Source: Seison nebaliae
Lineage: Eukaryota
DNA: 64,000 nt
Direction of reading: 5' to 3'
Assembly: GCA_023231475.1 (NCBI GenBank)
Contig: JALJEE010003284.1
Location: 1-64,000, forward strand
Below, piece after piece: positions 12,190 through 26,148 of the stretch. A model generated the notes under the pieces. It searched no databases. It saw only the letters and a list, made by a program, of their open reading frames with translations, and was not told where the DNA came from. Each line of letters opens with the position of its first letter. Position 1 is the stretch's first letter. A program made the translations under genes and the position numbers.

Positions 12190-15100
12190 GACTGTCGGCA
12201 AGATGTTTATCAATATGACTTGAAGAAAATATGGAGTTAAAACATTCGTCTCATATGACAACGTAAATAAATGGAATCATCAGATGTGGTGAGTGAACAG
12301 CTGTAAAATTTTTATTTCTCACTTTGTTTGGATACGTTTGAAAGAATTCTATGACAAATTGAATACTGAAAATGGAAAGATATGATACACTATTCCACTT
12401 GACGACTACGAAACTATTAAACTTGGAACAATTCTGTTTTCATTACAAATGATATTTACTAGAATTTATTAGAATTTCTCAATTATAAATGTATGGAAGA
12501 AAGAAAATGAATGAATAAGTAAATGAAAAATGCTGCGAAGTGGAAATTGTGACAAAGAGACTACTTTATTCCATTTTCGTTATAACCGAATAACAAGTGT
12601 AGTTCAGGTACTTTATCTCAATACGTCTCTAAATTTCAATTCGAAAACTTCTCACAAATATTTTATGAAAAGCATTCACTCGTTAAAAAAAGTGGTTTAA
12701 TAAACTTTCTTTTTCCTCTCAATCATTCCACTAAAAAATGTTTCATAATTCCTACTTGCAACAGGAAAAAGTAATAAGGATAAATTGAAGTCGGAAACTT
12801 TAACGAAATTCTTTCCTGTTCTTCGAACACTACTACTACTATAAGTGTTAGTGCGCTGAATTAATATTGGATTAATAATATAATAGTTTAAGAAAATTGA
12901 TGTTAAACTTTCGTAAAATAACTTTTCTATTTATTATGAACGAAGTTATCATTTGGTTGAATACTCGATATTGGAAAGAATTAATTTCAATCAATTTTCT
13001 TTATAATTCTTCATTTCAAATCATAATTATGTCAAGTTGTTTTAGATGAATTTCTACAACAAATTAAATAACTGAAATAACAACAAGAAATAATTGTGAT
13101 ATTTCAAAAAAATTAGTTTTAAGTACTCTTCGAGTAATTGGAATAACTGGGACTTATTCCAATATACATTTTCAGATGACGATTATTTGATTTGAGACGG
13201 TTCAGATTACATAGTTTATAACTCAAATTACGTTCATCGAAATGATTAATAAAAATTTTATCACATCAATTAAATTTCTTCTCAGACTTCTGAACATCTT
13301 GGACGAAACATAAAAATATTTGTTCGTATAAAGATCTATTTTTTAGGGATTCCTTAATGGATCGTACATATTGATAATTTACTTCTTTTTCATACGATTC
13401 CATTTCACTTAGATGATTCTCAACAAACGAAGAAAATAGTCGAGAATATATTGAAAATGATACTTTCGGTTGAAAAAAAAAAGAAATCTTTTAGTAAATA
13501 AGTTTCGTGAGGTAAATATCTTTTAGGATTTGTTTATCGGCTTCTCAATATCTTTCATTCTAATTAGCCTACTGTGAATGTTTTAAGCGTTGATCGAGTG
13601 ACAATAATCTCCCTTTTCCTTTATTATAAAAATTCTCGCCCTCAAATTTATTATTAAGGGAATTATATCATTATATTCTCTTAGATCTCATCTCAGAGAG
13701 TGGAATTCACAGATTGATTTTCGGTAAGTCCCTCTCAATTACATGAATGAAACGAAAATTTTCTTTTCAATCGATAAAAAATGAAAATTTTAAAAAATAG
13801 AAAAAATTATGTTTATCATATAATTGATCGCTCCATTTGCCATATGGAAACAATTGTCGAATGGGCCGTCTGTCTTATCTACGTACAACGACTGTTATTC
13901 GTCCATCAAAAAAGAATTACAATATATTTACGACGTAAATTGGAAAGCATCGTCTATGGACAAGGTAATCAACGAACCGAATGACAACTGATTAACCGAC
14001 AAAGAACTATGCGAATATTTATCTTTTGTATCGAGATTTCCAATGAGCGTATCTACTGTCAATCCTCAACTAGTTTAGTATTGTCATTAAAAAAGAAAAG
14101 GAGAGTAAAATAAAAAATCATTTCTTTCATCACCGATAAATAATCGATATATCTGGTTGAATGTTTGAGATTGCCCAAAATAAAAATGACCATTGTACAT
14201 TCTAATTGACGATAAAAGACGGAAAATGATAATTTGAACCAGAAATTAAGAAGAGAACAATAAAAGTATCGATATCCCAGTCGATTCTCATACAATGTTA
14301 TGATAATGACCGTTATGTTATTATTGTAGATAGGAAAGATCGGCAATTGGTGAATTGATGTGATTAATTGGAAATTGTTTCCTTATTTATTTTTCGCTCG
14401 TTCGTCTCTTATTGTTTCGATGGGTAAAAAATTCTCATAATTCCCAAAATAAAATATTCATTTTCATTCGACGATTATTAATCGATGTGATCACGTGAAA
14501 TGGTTTCTATCACATGATATCTTTATTTCAATTAAGTATCTGAATTATAATCGTTTTTTTTTGAGGAATTTTCATCTTATCACTCCCATTTCTCTCATTC
14601 TTAAAAGACACTTCTAATGATTGTTGAAGTGCGAAAATTTCTTTCTTTTTTGATCCAATTCTAAATGAACAACTCTAAAGTTAAATGCTACTTCTTTTTC
14701 TTCTTTGTAATTGAGATGGATAGGTTCATCATTGGCAGTCGTATATCATTTGATGATAGTCTATCATTGATAGAAATGATAGAGTAATGAAATAGAACAA
14801 TGACGAATTACATAATATACTTGTTTTAATGCATGGTATTTCATGGTCATCATTCTTAATCATCTCTCAGTTGATGTTTTGGCATGTTGTTCATTAGAAT
14901 TTTTATTAAAATTAGATGTATGAAGTCAATGATAAATATTATCAGGTAGAAATACTAAAATGCAATGGAACTGAATGACGGAAATATCGTGTGTCTTATG
15001 TGATAAATGGCGATAGCAATACCATTTAATGGAAGAAATTCAATTATATTTACATATTATAAATAGATGGAAAAGAATGATAATGAAAGGAAATTTCTTC

Positions 15101-18100
15101 TAAATTTCTTTGTAAAAATTTATTATCGATTAAATTCATTTGCATAAAAGTAAAAACAATATTTTAAGGTGATATATCGAATGGACTGATTTTTCGATAA
15201 AGACAAATGTGGAAAGAATAACTGAATGAACTTGAAATTGAATTATGAAAAAATTAAGTTCGCTAAGCAAAAAAAACTTATCGATAAATTAGTAATTAGG
15301 ATAATTTTGAGGTAACTGACGTTAATGAAATACTAATAGACTGTTGACATTCAATTTAGTGTCAGAACGAAAGAGAATAATCTGGAAGTGAAAGAGAATA
15401 AGAAAATCCATATACACACTCAACGAATAAACTTTCCCGACTGATAATATTTATGAGACGAACAACCATCATAATGCAAATTGAAGGTTTCCACTTCCTT
15501 CATTTCCATACTAGATATGTGACTACTACATTTGTATATTATTTATATAAGACGAGGTTATTCCAGGTGATATTGCGTGTAAAATTGATTCTTTCTTTTT
15601 TTCTTTCTTTTGTGCATATCATGAAAACATTTTTAAAATATCATCAAAAATAACGGATGTTGTTGAAGAGAGTGGGATTTCATATGAGGCCTATTCACAT
15701 GCAATGAGTAACCATTTATGTAATTTTCCACTTCATTCTCCAACACTCCGACGAACCACATTTTCCGCTTTCTGCCAATATCATCATCAAGCCGACAGAC
15801 ATCGAATTATTTCTGTTTAATATCGATTCCTGAGAATTACGAGCGGAAATTCGACAAAAACTTTTCATTGAAAATGTGTAAAAGTCAATTAGGTTCAACT
15901 ATGCGAGAAGAATTTTCATTCTAATTTCCAACCGATGATTCTTCACAGTAACATGTCAATCATCAGGAATATGGTAATGGAATGATGAAGATTTTTCTTC
16001 ATTATAACTAATATAAACGAAAGGAAGATTTTGTTCAATAAAATAACTTATAAAAAATTGAATGAGAAGTTTTCGTGTATGAGAACTTTTGTTTAAGATA
16101 AACTTAATCATGAAATTGTGTGAAAGAAGGAAGAAGATTGTTGTGAAGGAAGAGAAGTATATTCTTATTTGAAGAAAGATTATTGATTATTGAAATTCTC
16201 CTGTACATTCTCGATTTTGTCAATAATTCTCTGGAAAATGAAGAATAAGAAAAGAATTTGATAAGATCCTTATATGATATTCATCTTCATCAGTAATCCG
16301 ATATATGAAAGTACTTAGAGCAAATAGAGGTGAAAAAAAGGAAGAGTTATTGTTTGCACAAATGCTCCACACACTGCTTCATCTAAACAAACAGATAGTG
16401 AAATTGATAGAAGGATTGAGAGAATATCTTCGGTGTTATCCATATCTCCTATGGCGGCTCACGAAAATTGATATCTTTTTCAAAAAAAAATACCGTTACT
16501 TAATAAAATGTGGAAAATTATCTTTTTGCATATTCCTCATTAATACGAACAATATAAGTGGAAGTTTATAAGACTACAATGGAATGATGTTATCGTAGGA
16601 AATGTGTTGAGAACAGCAGGAAACGAAAGCAGATTATATTTTTCATTATTTCTCCATTATAATACCATCGTTATTATACAAATCATTATACATCTTATCT
16701 TTTATAAGATAAAGATAGTAGTCGATACAACGAATAAAAATATGACGAAGAATGATAATATTTATGATGGAAAATGAATTCGATGAAATAACTGAAAAAA
16801 AATAGATGTTTAGATATAATGATGATTTAATGAACATTTCGCGTTACCTCCTATTGGTGTTATGAATAGGCCATCCCTAATACATCTTGAGATGACTAGA
16901 ATATTCGGTTAACCATAAAACATAGAAAAAAAGAGAGAGGAGGAGTGAGAGAGAGACAAGTGGACAAACTAGCAACATTTAATTATCATTCATGTCTTAA
17001 TTGCAATTTGATTAGATGAATAACCTTTCGTGACGATGTACTAGTTGGCTACCATTAGTCGATGAAAATAAATCGACTCTAGTACTTCTGAGAGTCATCG
17101 AACATCTGGTTCCAATATGATTTTTTAGAAACCACGCCGTCTTCTTTATTCCGTTTTCATTAACTATCAAACAAATTCTTTCACTTCATTCACTTTTCAT
17201 ATGAAAATTTTCATATTTTATTCTTCTAATCGATATTGCCCGAATGACTAACGGTTAATATTTAGGAATAAACCGGAAAAGAAAAAATACTTAAGCGTCT
17301 TAAACTTGAACATTATTCTTAATAATACTAATAATTTTTGAAATAATAATTCATCGACTTTTGACTGAACATACGTCGAACGAAAGAAGATTATTCGATG
17401 AAACTGAAGGAATTCGATGTTAATGATAGTTTTGAAGACTATAAATATGCATGAAGTGAATTACCTCTTAAGAAATTAGTTAATTAGCCAAGGGTCATTT
17501 AGAATAATTGCTCTTCTTAAATAAATTCACCTTTCTTTTTCTAATACGGAGAATAATGGAAATATCTTGCGAAGGTATTTTGACAAATCTATTCTCAATT
17601 TGTCTTTAACGGTCGATTGAATGATAAGAATTTTTCACACAAATTAACAAAAAGGATATTATCTCATCTCATAAAATGTTCGATTTTCGTGAAATTCCAT
17701 TATTTATATTTTGTTCATTTTTCTCCAAGACGATGGGGGAATGATTTACAAGAAGATAATTTATCATCATGTTTATTATCATAATAATTTTACTAGGAAT
17801 CTGTTAAAATCGAATATGCATAAATTGGAGAAGAATGCATAAGGGAGAAAATTAAACATAAAAACTGATCTTTCCAGTTATTATCGACCAATAATTTATT
17901 AAGATGTCTTACTTATTTACTCTTTCTTACGAATTAACAGAATATTGTTTGACATCTCTCAACAAATTAGAATTCCTCAAAGATTCATTATTAGTAAGAT
18001 GATTATTTATATAAAGAATGTTTTAACGTACATTCTAGAATAATAGAGTGAAATGAGAGAAATAAACATATTCTCTAATAAAAAAAATTTCTTTTGATTT

Positions 18101-18810
18101 TGTTTATATGCTAGAAAAATAACACTCTTGTATTTTCCTATTGTTCTCGATGAAAAACTATGGTCGGAAATGGGATTAAAAAAGAATGTATTATGCTTGA
18201 AGCCTAATCCTTCAGACCGTCAACAGTTTCATTCAGCCCAAACATCCGAATGTTCCATTTCGTTTTGAAATGTCTTACAACTTGTTAATTGTTTAAAGTT
18301 AATCAGCCAAACTCGGAAATCCAACTAAACTGCTATAAAATATAGATAAGAAAATTCGTTAAAAGTTTAGAATTTAGAAATTAAATAATTGAAATGATGA
18401 TCCTATTTTTAGAATGATGACTTTAGTTTCAATTGTGAATTTCAACAATTCTCTTTTAAATTTAACATTCAACTTCGATTTGTTCATTCAAATAAAAAAA
18501 AGATTGAGATATAAATATTATACTTAATTAAAGTAATTTTGGTATTTTAGAAGTAGTAAATTTCAAAAATTAGTAAATTTAACTTTATCAAATGAATTGT
18601 GAAAATAAATGGAATTATTGAAAAAAATGCGATTGGTCGACCTTTCCAGCTTAATATCATATCAAAAAAATAAGAGAGAAAGATATTCATAAAAATTTTT
18701 CAAATAAAAATATCATTTTTAAATGTGTGGCGTAATAATTTGAAGATTTGGTAAAAAGACAAATTTCTTTATTAGTTTGTAAATCATCTGAAAATTTCCA
18801 GTTTCACAGA

Positions 18811-21800
18811 ATGAGTGAGAAGAAGAAGAGAATGGTGGAAGAGGAAGAAGAAGGAAATGAATTAATGACAACTAGAGAGAAATTGAATGAGAATGGAAAT
18901 GATTTGTCTTCGGATGATATTTCAACTTTTCTCCAAAATGATTCAATTGACAAATATGGTTTAGATAACATATATCATGTTCAAATGAATGTAATGGAAC
19001 GACGATATGATGAAGTGGCGAAAACGACATTTCAGCAATTGAAAGAATTTCATGAGAATCTCCTCGTCAATGTCGAATTGAATGATGAAGAAAAATTCAA
19101 ATCGATTAATATCATTAGTTATGTGATGATTATTGAGAATGATTTCCGAAGATTTCTCAATTTTATCAATTATTTTATGATAGAAAAAAAAGATTTTTTT
19201 TCTGAAGAAATTCGATGTCATTTCATTTTGCTCTTTCAATGGATGATAAAATCGAATGAAAAGGAAATGGAAAATGATGATGAATTGAGTGGAATGATCC
19301 AGAATATCTTTATCAATTTCTCATTAAAATTAACTGATATGGATTGTATTCGACTTCTTTTATTTGAGAATGGAATGATGAATTTGGAAGAAATGGATTT
19401 GAATGAATCAATTCGACTAATTCGAGTAAATTTGAATGTGTTTTTGAAAACATGTCGAATTATTATTGGACAGAAGAGATTAAGGAATTTTATGACGAGT
19501 CATCTTTTCTTTCAATTTTCACATTTCCAATTGAATTTGTGGAAGAAATGTGAATTGATTTATGAGAATTTCCAACATTTTTATTTATTGAATTGTGAAA
19601 TTTTAGAGGATTGGTTCAATTTCTTCCAAATAACATTTGAAGATTCGACTGAATTGAAGAATGACACAAAATTGGAGAATTATTTGGAGAAGAATTGTTC
19701 CATCATTCTCGAACATTTATTTGAAATGTTAACAAATTTAGTTCATGGAGAGCATGGAGAAGAATGTAATGAATTGATTCTTCGAATTATTTGTGTGCTG
19801 ATTCGATATGGAAGATTTTTGTCGAATGGAAAATTGGTGAATCAGATGGAAAGTATTTATCAACATTCATCAATTCAACAAATGATCGATAATGAAGGAA
19901 TAAAATTACAATATTTATTAAGAAGATTAATGGAAGATGATAATCGTTTGGAAATAATTAAAAGGAATTTCGAAATTATTCGACAGAATATCACCGAAAA
20001 TAATGATGAAGTACAACGATTATTCTATTGTGTCATCTTTGAGAAAGATTTATCAATAATCAATTATTCAAATGGTATTTTTGATTATGAGAAGAAATTG
20101 AAGGAATATTCATTAACATCCATATTTCTCCATCAAATGAAATTATTAAAAGGGAAGAAAGTGTTGGAATTTATTTTGGAGAATAATCTCTTTTTCAAAT
20201 TCTTTAAAGAAGCGAAAGATAATCAGAATCATTGTGATAGATATTTTGATTGTTATATAATTCTGTTTCAACTCATCGATTATTTCCATGAAAACGTCTT
20301 ACAATTATCGATAATGAAACAAGGTATTAGTGAAGAGGAGATGATAATGATTGATGAAAATAATTTTTCCGTTTTATTCCAAATATTCCATTGGAATGAA
20401 TCATCGATCAATTGTAAGATATTGCGCTTACAATTATTGGAAATGATCAGTCATCTCTTATCACATTATGAGGAAGATTTGAATGGAAATGAATTATTTC
20501 GAGAATTATTATTACCGAATTTTGAAAATTTTATTCGAATTTATTCCACAAATCAATTCAATGGGAAATTATTGGGATTCATATCCAATATTTTAATTGA
20601 AACGTTTTCCATTTTGAATGATGGTGATGGACGATTAATCGAACGAGATAATTGGGAATTATTTCGTACGAACATGTTCAATCGAATGAATTTGCGAGAT
20701 GATAAACGACGAAATGTTCCATTTACTGATTCGATAAATATGTTGACGATGTTGAAAATGGCATGTGAACATGAATGGAATTTGTTCGTATTATTGACAG
20801 GAAGTGAAAATGAGAAGGTGAATCAAAATTTTTTGAAATCATTTAAACATTTATTCAATGAACCATTATCGACGAATGTGTTGAATAAGGGCGCGTCATT
20901 ATTATTGAGTATTTGTGAGAAGATTGGAAGAATTAAATCGAAAGAAGATAAATTGAAACATTTCATTTCTTTAAAAAATATTTCGATGATATGGCCAAAA
21001 TTACTGATGATTTTAGAGAGTAAATGTCAATGGTTGACGAATAATCAACGAATAAATTGTTTAAGTAATACGATGAAATTGTTGATTTATTATCGATTAT
21101 TAAATCGATTGAATTCGATCGAGAACAATTTAATAAAATTTCAACGTCTCGTTAATTATTGGTTAGAGAATTTGTGTAAGATTGAAGATATATTTCATGG
21201 AGGAAAAATGAATGATTTGATCGAATCTTTTGTTTATCTTTTCTCCAACGTTCCCAATGAGAAAAATAATTCAATCATTTCATTTAAAATCATTCAAATC
21301 AATTTGAATAACATCCTCCAATTTCTTTCAATTATCCTTCGAAGTTGTCATGATATGGAATATGGAGAATTTGTCACTTTGATAAATAATTCAATAAAGT
21401 TATTATTCCTTCAAACAATTCATTCTAATGGGAAATCATCGATATTAATCGATATGACAATTGTTGGAAAGATTGTGGACAAGTTGCGAGAATTGTTTTT
21501 TAATAGAAATTCCGTAACGAGTAATGATGAAATTCATTGTAATAAATTTTTTATTTCTTTAAATTATTTATTGAAGAATCAACAAATGAAACAGATCGAT
21601 TGGAATAATGGTGAAACATTAGAACTCTTCCATCCATTGCAACGTCTTCTCAAACGATTCTTAATGGAACGGAATGATGACACGATAATTTATCGACAAT
21701 TCTCTCAATTATTCACTTTATTCATTTCTAATAACGACATCTCGTCAAATAATCGACACATATCTCCATTGATCAATAAGAAGATTCTTTATAATTTCAT

Positions 21801-23619
21801 TGAGAAAGCTAAAACGATTTTGGAGAAAGATCTCCATCTCAAATTCAAAGAATTTAATAGACGAGAATTAATTGTATATTATCTCAGCAAATTCGACGAA
21901 TTCTCCACAATCCTTCTTGAAATATCAGCGAGACATGAATATTCGATGGAATTTCTTTTGAATACTTTTATGTCTGTTACTCATCTACTTCATCTTCCTA
22001 ATATTATCAATGAGAATTATTTGAATTCTCATGAAAATGTGGAAGAGAAAAAGAATTCGGTTTTTTCATTTAAATCCGATATTTTAAAAGAATTAATGAT
22101 TTTAATGGGAGATTATTTCAATTCGGCAGATATTGTCACCGAACTCAAAATTAATTTCATTGTCAATTGGATGAAATGTATCAGAATTTATATGGAAATA
22201 TTTAATGAAGTTTTAAGAGAATTGAATATCGATAATTATTTGTATTCATTCGCTCTCTTCTATAATGAACGATTGAATGAATTTATTTATTTCTTAACGA
22301 ATATTCTTCAATTGAAATTTTATGTAACAGAAAAAAATAAAGTGAAAAATTATCGTTTTCATCAACAAAATCTCTCAAAAGATCAATCATTAAATTCTAA
22401 TTCATTCAACGTAGAAATTGATAAAATTGAAGAAATGTTCATTTCTTCTCATATTATCGAATCATCATTTTCTTTTTTGATTTGTCTTATTCAAAATTTG
22501 AAATTATCATCAAATATTTTATTTCCATCACTTGACGATAATCAAATCATATCAAACAATAAATACAATAATGGTTTCATTCAATCAATTGGTTATCTGT
22601 TAAATCAATTAGAATATACCATCTCTCATTTGTCGACATTCAATGAAGTGAATCCATTCGATTGTTTAAAAAGTTTAATGGTGATCTGTCTAGAAATATT
22701 TTATTTTTATCTCCAACTCTCTCCAACATTACAATCATTTATTAATGAAGAGAATCGACGATCATATTTCCATAAAAAATATTTATTAATCAAATCTTCT
22801 TCCGAGAATGATCATCAGAGAATGTTTACAACTACATCACAATCAGACAATTCTCATCCCATTGAAGTAATTGATACAATTGGAATTGATAAAAAATCTA
22901 ATCTTTTAAATTCTATTTTCTTATTATGTCATATTGATGCATCGAGAACTTATGATTCTCATCGTTTTCCTTCATTTGGATCGTTAAATAATCTTATCAA
23001 TTTCTCTCAGAAACTTCTCATTCGTTCTTATACACAAGATCCGAGTGGGAAAATTCCATTACAAGAATCGAAATCATCTGAAAATCAAATGAAAAATAAA
23101 GAAACGAAAACTGTCGTTCGTTTCCAAGATGAGAATACGAATAGAACAAGTCAAATTAAACGAACATCATCTGTTACTCCAGTTTCATCATTGATCATCG
23201 ATGTTCCTATTGATAGTATTTCTGGAAGTTTCTTATCAGAATTTATTGAAATTTCTTATTTGTTATTTCTATCTCAAATATCTGTTTATTTGCAAGTTTT
23301 ACGATCTTATTCTTTTTATACCAATTACAAGAATTCAACTAATCTTATCATTCTATCTGGTGGAGTACAACAATGTTATGAAGTTATTCAATTCGATCTC
23401 TCAAGGGAATTAAATCAATCTACTAATTCTTTAATGAGATTATATCGTCGAAGTCTTTCTTCAAAGAATTCTCGTTCTCCATCTTATGCTAAACAGAGAG
23501 GTACATCCACATTCCGTTTCTCTACTTCATTAGATGATAGTAAATTGAAAGAGATTGATGAATTATCTCTATTCTTTCGATTCGTCAATTATTTCCAAAA
23601 GAACTTCATACAATCTTAA
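18811..23619 (+). CDS. NUP188: Nucleoporin NUP188-like, intronless (~1600 aa)
   Basis: Helical L/I/F-rich ORF; C-terminal motifs FPSFGSLNNLINF, EISYLLFLSQISVYL and DLSRELNQSTNSLMRLYRRS resemble the NUP188 C-terminus; first ATG at 18811. Confidence 0.7.
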   Translation: MSEKKKRMVEEEEEGNELMTTREKLNENGNDLSSDDISTFLQNDSIDKYGLDNIYHVQMNVMERRYDEVAKTTFQQLKEFHENLLVNVELNDEEKFKSINIISYVMIIENDFRRFLNFINYFMIEKKDFFSEEIRCHFILLFQWMIKSNEKEMENDDELSGMIQNIFINFSLKLTDMDCIRLLLFENGMMNLEEMDLNESIRLIRVNLNVFLKTCRIIIGQKRLRNFMTSHLFFQFSHFQLNLWKKCELIYENFQHFYLLNCEILEDWFNFFQITFEDSTELKNDTKLENYLEKNCSIILEHLFEMLTNLVHGEHGEECNELILRIICVLIRYGRFLSNGKLVNQMESIYQHSSIQQMIDNEGIKLQYLLRRLMEDDNRLEIIKRNFEIIRQNITENNDEVQRLFYCVIFEKDLSIINYSNGIFDYEKKLKEYSLTSIFLHQMKLLKGKKVLEFILENNLFFKFFKEAKDNQNHCDRYFDCYIILFQLIDYFHENVLQLSIMKQGISEEEMIMIDENNFSVLFQIFHWNESSINCKILRLQLLEMISHLLSHYEEDLNGNELFRELLLPNFENFIRIYSTNQFNGKLLGFISNILIETFSILNDGDGRLIERDNWELFRTNMFNRMNLRDDKRRNVPFTDSINMLTMLKMACEHEWNLFVLLTGSENEKVNQNFLKSFKHLFNEPLSTNVLNKGASLLLSICEKIGRIKSKEDKLKHFISLKNISMIWPKLLMILESKCQWLTNNQRINCLSNTMKLLIYYRLLNRLNSIENNLIKFQRLVNYWLENLCKIEDIFHGGKMNDLIESFVYLFSNVPNEKNNSIISFKIIQINLNNILQFLSIILRSCHDMEYGEFVTLINNSIKLLFLQTIHSNGKSSILIDMTIVGKIVDKLRELFFNRNSVTSNDEIHCNKFFISLNYLLKNQQMKQIDWNNGETLELFHPLQRLLKRFLMERNDDTIIYRQFSQLFTLFISNNDISSNNRHISPLINKKILYNFIEKAKTILEKDLHLKFKEFNRRELIVYYLSKFDEFSTILLEISARHEYSMEFLLNTFMSVTHLLHLPNIINENYLNSHENVEEKKNSVFSFKSDILKELMILMGDYFNSADIVTELKINFIVNWMKCIRIYMEIFNEVLRELNIDNYLYSFALFYNERLNEFIYFLTNILQLKFYVTEKNKVKNYRFHQQNLSKDQSLNSNSFNVEIDKIEEMFISSHIIESSFSFLICLIQNLKLSSNILFPSLDDNQIISNNKYNNGFIQSIGYLLNQLEYTISHLSTFNEVNPFDCLKSLMVICLEIFYFYLQLSPTLQSFINEENRRSYFHKKYLLIKSSSENDHQRMFTTTSQSDNSHPIEVIDTIGIDKKSNLLNSIFLLCHIDASRTYDSHRFPSFGSLNNLINFSQKLLIRSYTQDPSGKIPLQESKSSENQMKNKETKTVVRFQDENTNRTSQIKRTSSVTPVSSLIIDVPIDSISGSFLSEFIEISYLLFLSQISVYLQVLRSYSFYTNYKNSTNLIILSGGVQQCYEVIQFDLSRELNQSTNSLMRLYRRSLSSKNSRSPSYAKQRGTSTFRFSTSLDDSKLKEIDELSLFFRFVNYFQKNFIQS

Positions 23620-23813
23620 GATGTAAACTGATTTCGAAACATTTCTTCTTTTTTTTTCTTATTTTAATATAATTTTAAAATTTCTGTTTATTTTTATTAA
23701 AAAATTTTTAAAAAATTAATTCAATTTTTCAATTAAGGTTCAGAATTGTTTTTTAGGAGGAGAATGGGAATGATGAAACTATTTAATAAATAAATGAAAT
23801 TACTTTTTCAAAT

Positions 23814-25067
23814 TTATTTCAATTTACGTGACGCTTTGCTTGTCTGACTAAGGACTGATTCATGATCACCACTTAATAAATTGAGTAATCTCGACAATAA
23901 TGAAGAGATGTAGGCATAGAATTTAGTAAGTGCATGATAACCGATAATCATACAAATAGCTCCATTTTTGAACATGTATAAAAAGATGTGTTTCGTTCTT
24001 ACCTCATAAATGAAATAAGCGATGACACGTACCGTTACGAATGGTAAATCTTGACAAAGAATTGTTGTAATCAAATTCCAGCTCCGTTTACTAAACGGAT
24101 CGTAATAACAGAGTTTGGCATCAGGAACATCTTCGTCAAATTCGGAGAACGCGAAACCGCCTATGTATAATGAATTTTAGAATAAGACCAATGATAGAAA
24201 AGTATTCTACCTAAATTGAGACATAGTCGAAATAGAGCTACAATCCAAAAGATCATACAAGTTAAAACGACTTCCGATTGTACAATACATTTAGGAGATT
24301 GTAATAGAGCGAAGAAATCCCAAATATCGGAAACGATGGAAATGTAATAGAGTAAACGATCAGCTTTGTCTTCATTCGTTTCGTCCGTTCTCGGTACAAT
24401 CCATTGGACTATTACGAGTATTATATAAAATATATTCTCAACAATTTGCACATTAAATCTCCAACGTCCACGATGATATAATTCACCAAAATACTAAAAG
24501 TAATTTTGAATTTAAAAAAAAATAATGATATTCATCTGATTATGTAAGATATCTAACACCCCAACTAGTCGCATATGATATTGTTGTTCTTTCCACTGCA
24601 TGAGCAATAATTTCGTCATTAATTCGATATGTGTCCGTGTAATCACTATTGATCGCTTGTAGTACTAGAAAGCGGAAATTATCTAATTTATATCTCACCA
24701 ACATCAATAACATCGGTATCATTCCTGTGATGTACAAATAAATCCATAAGGATAACCAATGTGATTCAGTAATATTCCGATAGATGACGAGATTATAAAC
24801 GAATTCTATAAAACAAAATATGAGAACTGCAATCCAAAATGAATTTAGCCAATTCCTTGTGAATAATACAACATACCATACAGTAAACGCATAATTCACG
24901 GAACATATCAATCGAACTAAAGCGGCTACAAGCCATTGTTTTTGTTTGCGCAATTCTTGAATGAAAGATACCTTTTCCTCTTTCTTTTCTACAACTACTG
25001 GTTCTACCGGTGTTTCCTCTGTCTCTACTTCTTCCTCGGCCTTTTTATCTACAAGATTCTTGAACAT
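23814..25067 (-). CDS. TMEM26-family multi-pass membrane protein (3 exons)
   Basis: IIL..QWIVPR, LLYYISIVSDIWDFF, FWIVALF, WNLITTILCQDLPFVTVRV and FKN motifs of the Tmem26 family; introns start GTTAG and GTAGA. Confidence 0.75.
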
Positions 25068-25268
25068 TCTTTTTGTCTTTATATATATTATCTATTAATT
25101 ATATTGCCAATATGTTGTAATTTATACAGATCTAATTTATATTTATACATCTACAATATTTAATACCATCCAATATAATATTGGAACAATATGAGAGAAT
25201 TTTTGAATAAATCCAACAATACAATAAACATTTCCATCAATATTTTTTATTTAAAAATTATAAAGCAA

Positions 25269-26070
25269 ATGTCGATAGCATCTGAATTTCCGTTGCAAAT
25301 CCATAATATTGGAAAAAGGCATATTTGCTTTATTGCTCAAACTAGAGGAAATCAGAGAAATGAACCAAATTTGGCGACGTTTATTGAATTGAAGACACCA
25401 AAATTGTGTAGGAAATTTCGAATAATTCAAGAATTTCCCTTTTATAATGATCAAGTTTATTCAGTTATTTAAAATGTGAAAAATTTTTTATTTATCTTTT
25501 AAAATTGATGGAATAGAAAAAGATTGATAAAGGAATAAGGTTTTTTATTTCATTCCTTTGTAAAAAATTCTAATATATTAATATATTAGAAATTATGAAA
25601 ATAAATGGAAATATTATGAAAATGGAAATAATATGAAAAAAACGAAAATTCCAGAATTTAAATCGCCAAGACCTCGAATATTTAATTCGTTGTTTAATCG
25701 ATTATGTTGTGCTACCAAAACAACAGATATTAGTGAAATTACTATTCAGTCTATTAGAAGGAAATCAAAAGCATTCCCAATGTTCTTTAAAAAGATGTAT
25801 GAATGGGAAAAGAAGAAATCTTCGAATATTTCATCTTTTGATAATACGTCAACATTGGCTGAATCGACTGTGGACGATGTTGATTTAAAACAGTTGGAAC
25901 AACGTGTCAGTCATAAAGATTCAAAGAAAGTCGATGGTACCATATTAAAAAATTCATATAAAATCAACAATATAACCATCAGTAGATCTGTGAATCATAT
26001 TCCACCAGAATTGGCTAAACCTTCCATTATATTGGAAAGTAATTTCAATTTGATTGATGAATCAAAATAA
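25269..26070 (+). CDS. Orphan protein, 3 exons (middle exon only 23 nt)
   Basis: Two GTT-AG introns join ORF-track ORFs 25191 and 25633 exactly in frame through micro-exon 25517-25539. Confidence 0.6.
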
Positions 26071-26148
26071 AATTTTTGATTTAAATTTTAGAGAGATTAA
26101 TAAACTTTTAATTAATTATTAAAGATTGAAATTTAATTAATGTTTCAT

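Noticed and set aside
13781..16837. Short ORFs of 60-95 aa in the ephrin upstream region
   Set aside because: No motifs, and I could not build consistent spliced models from them
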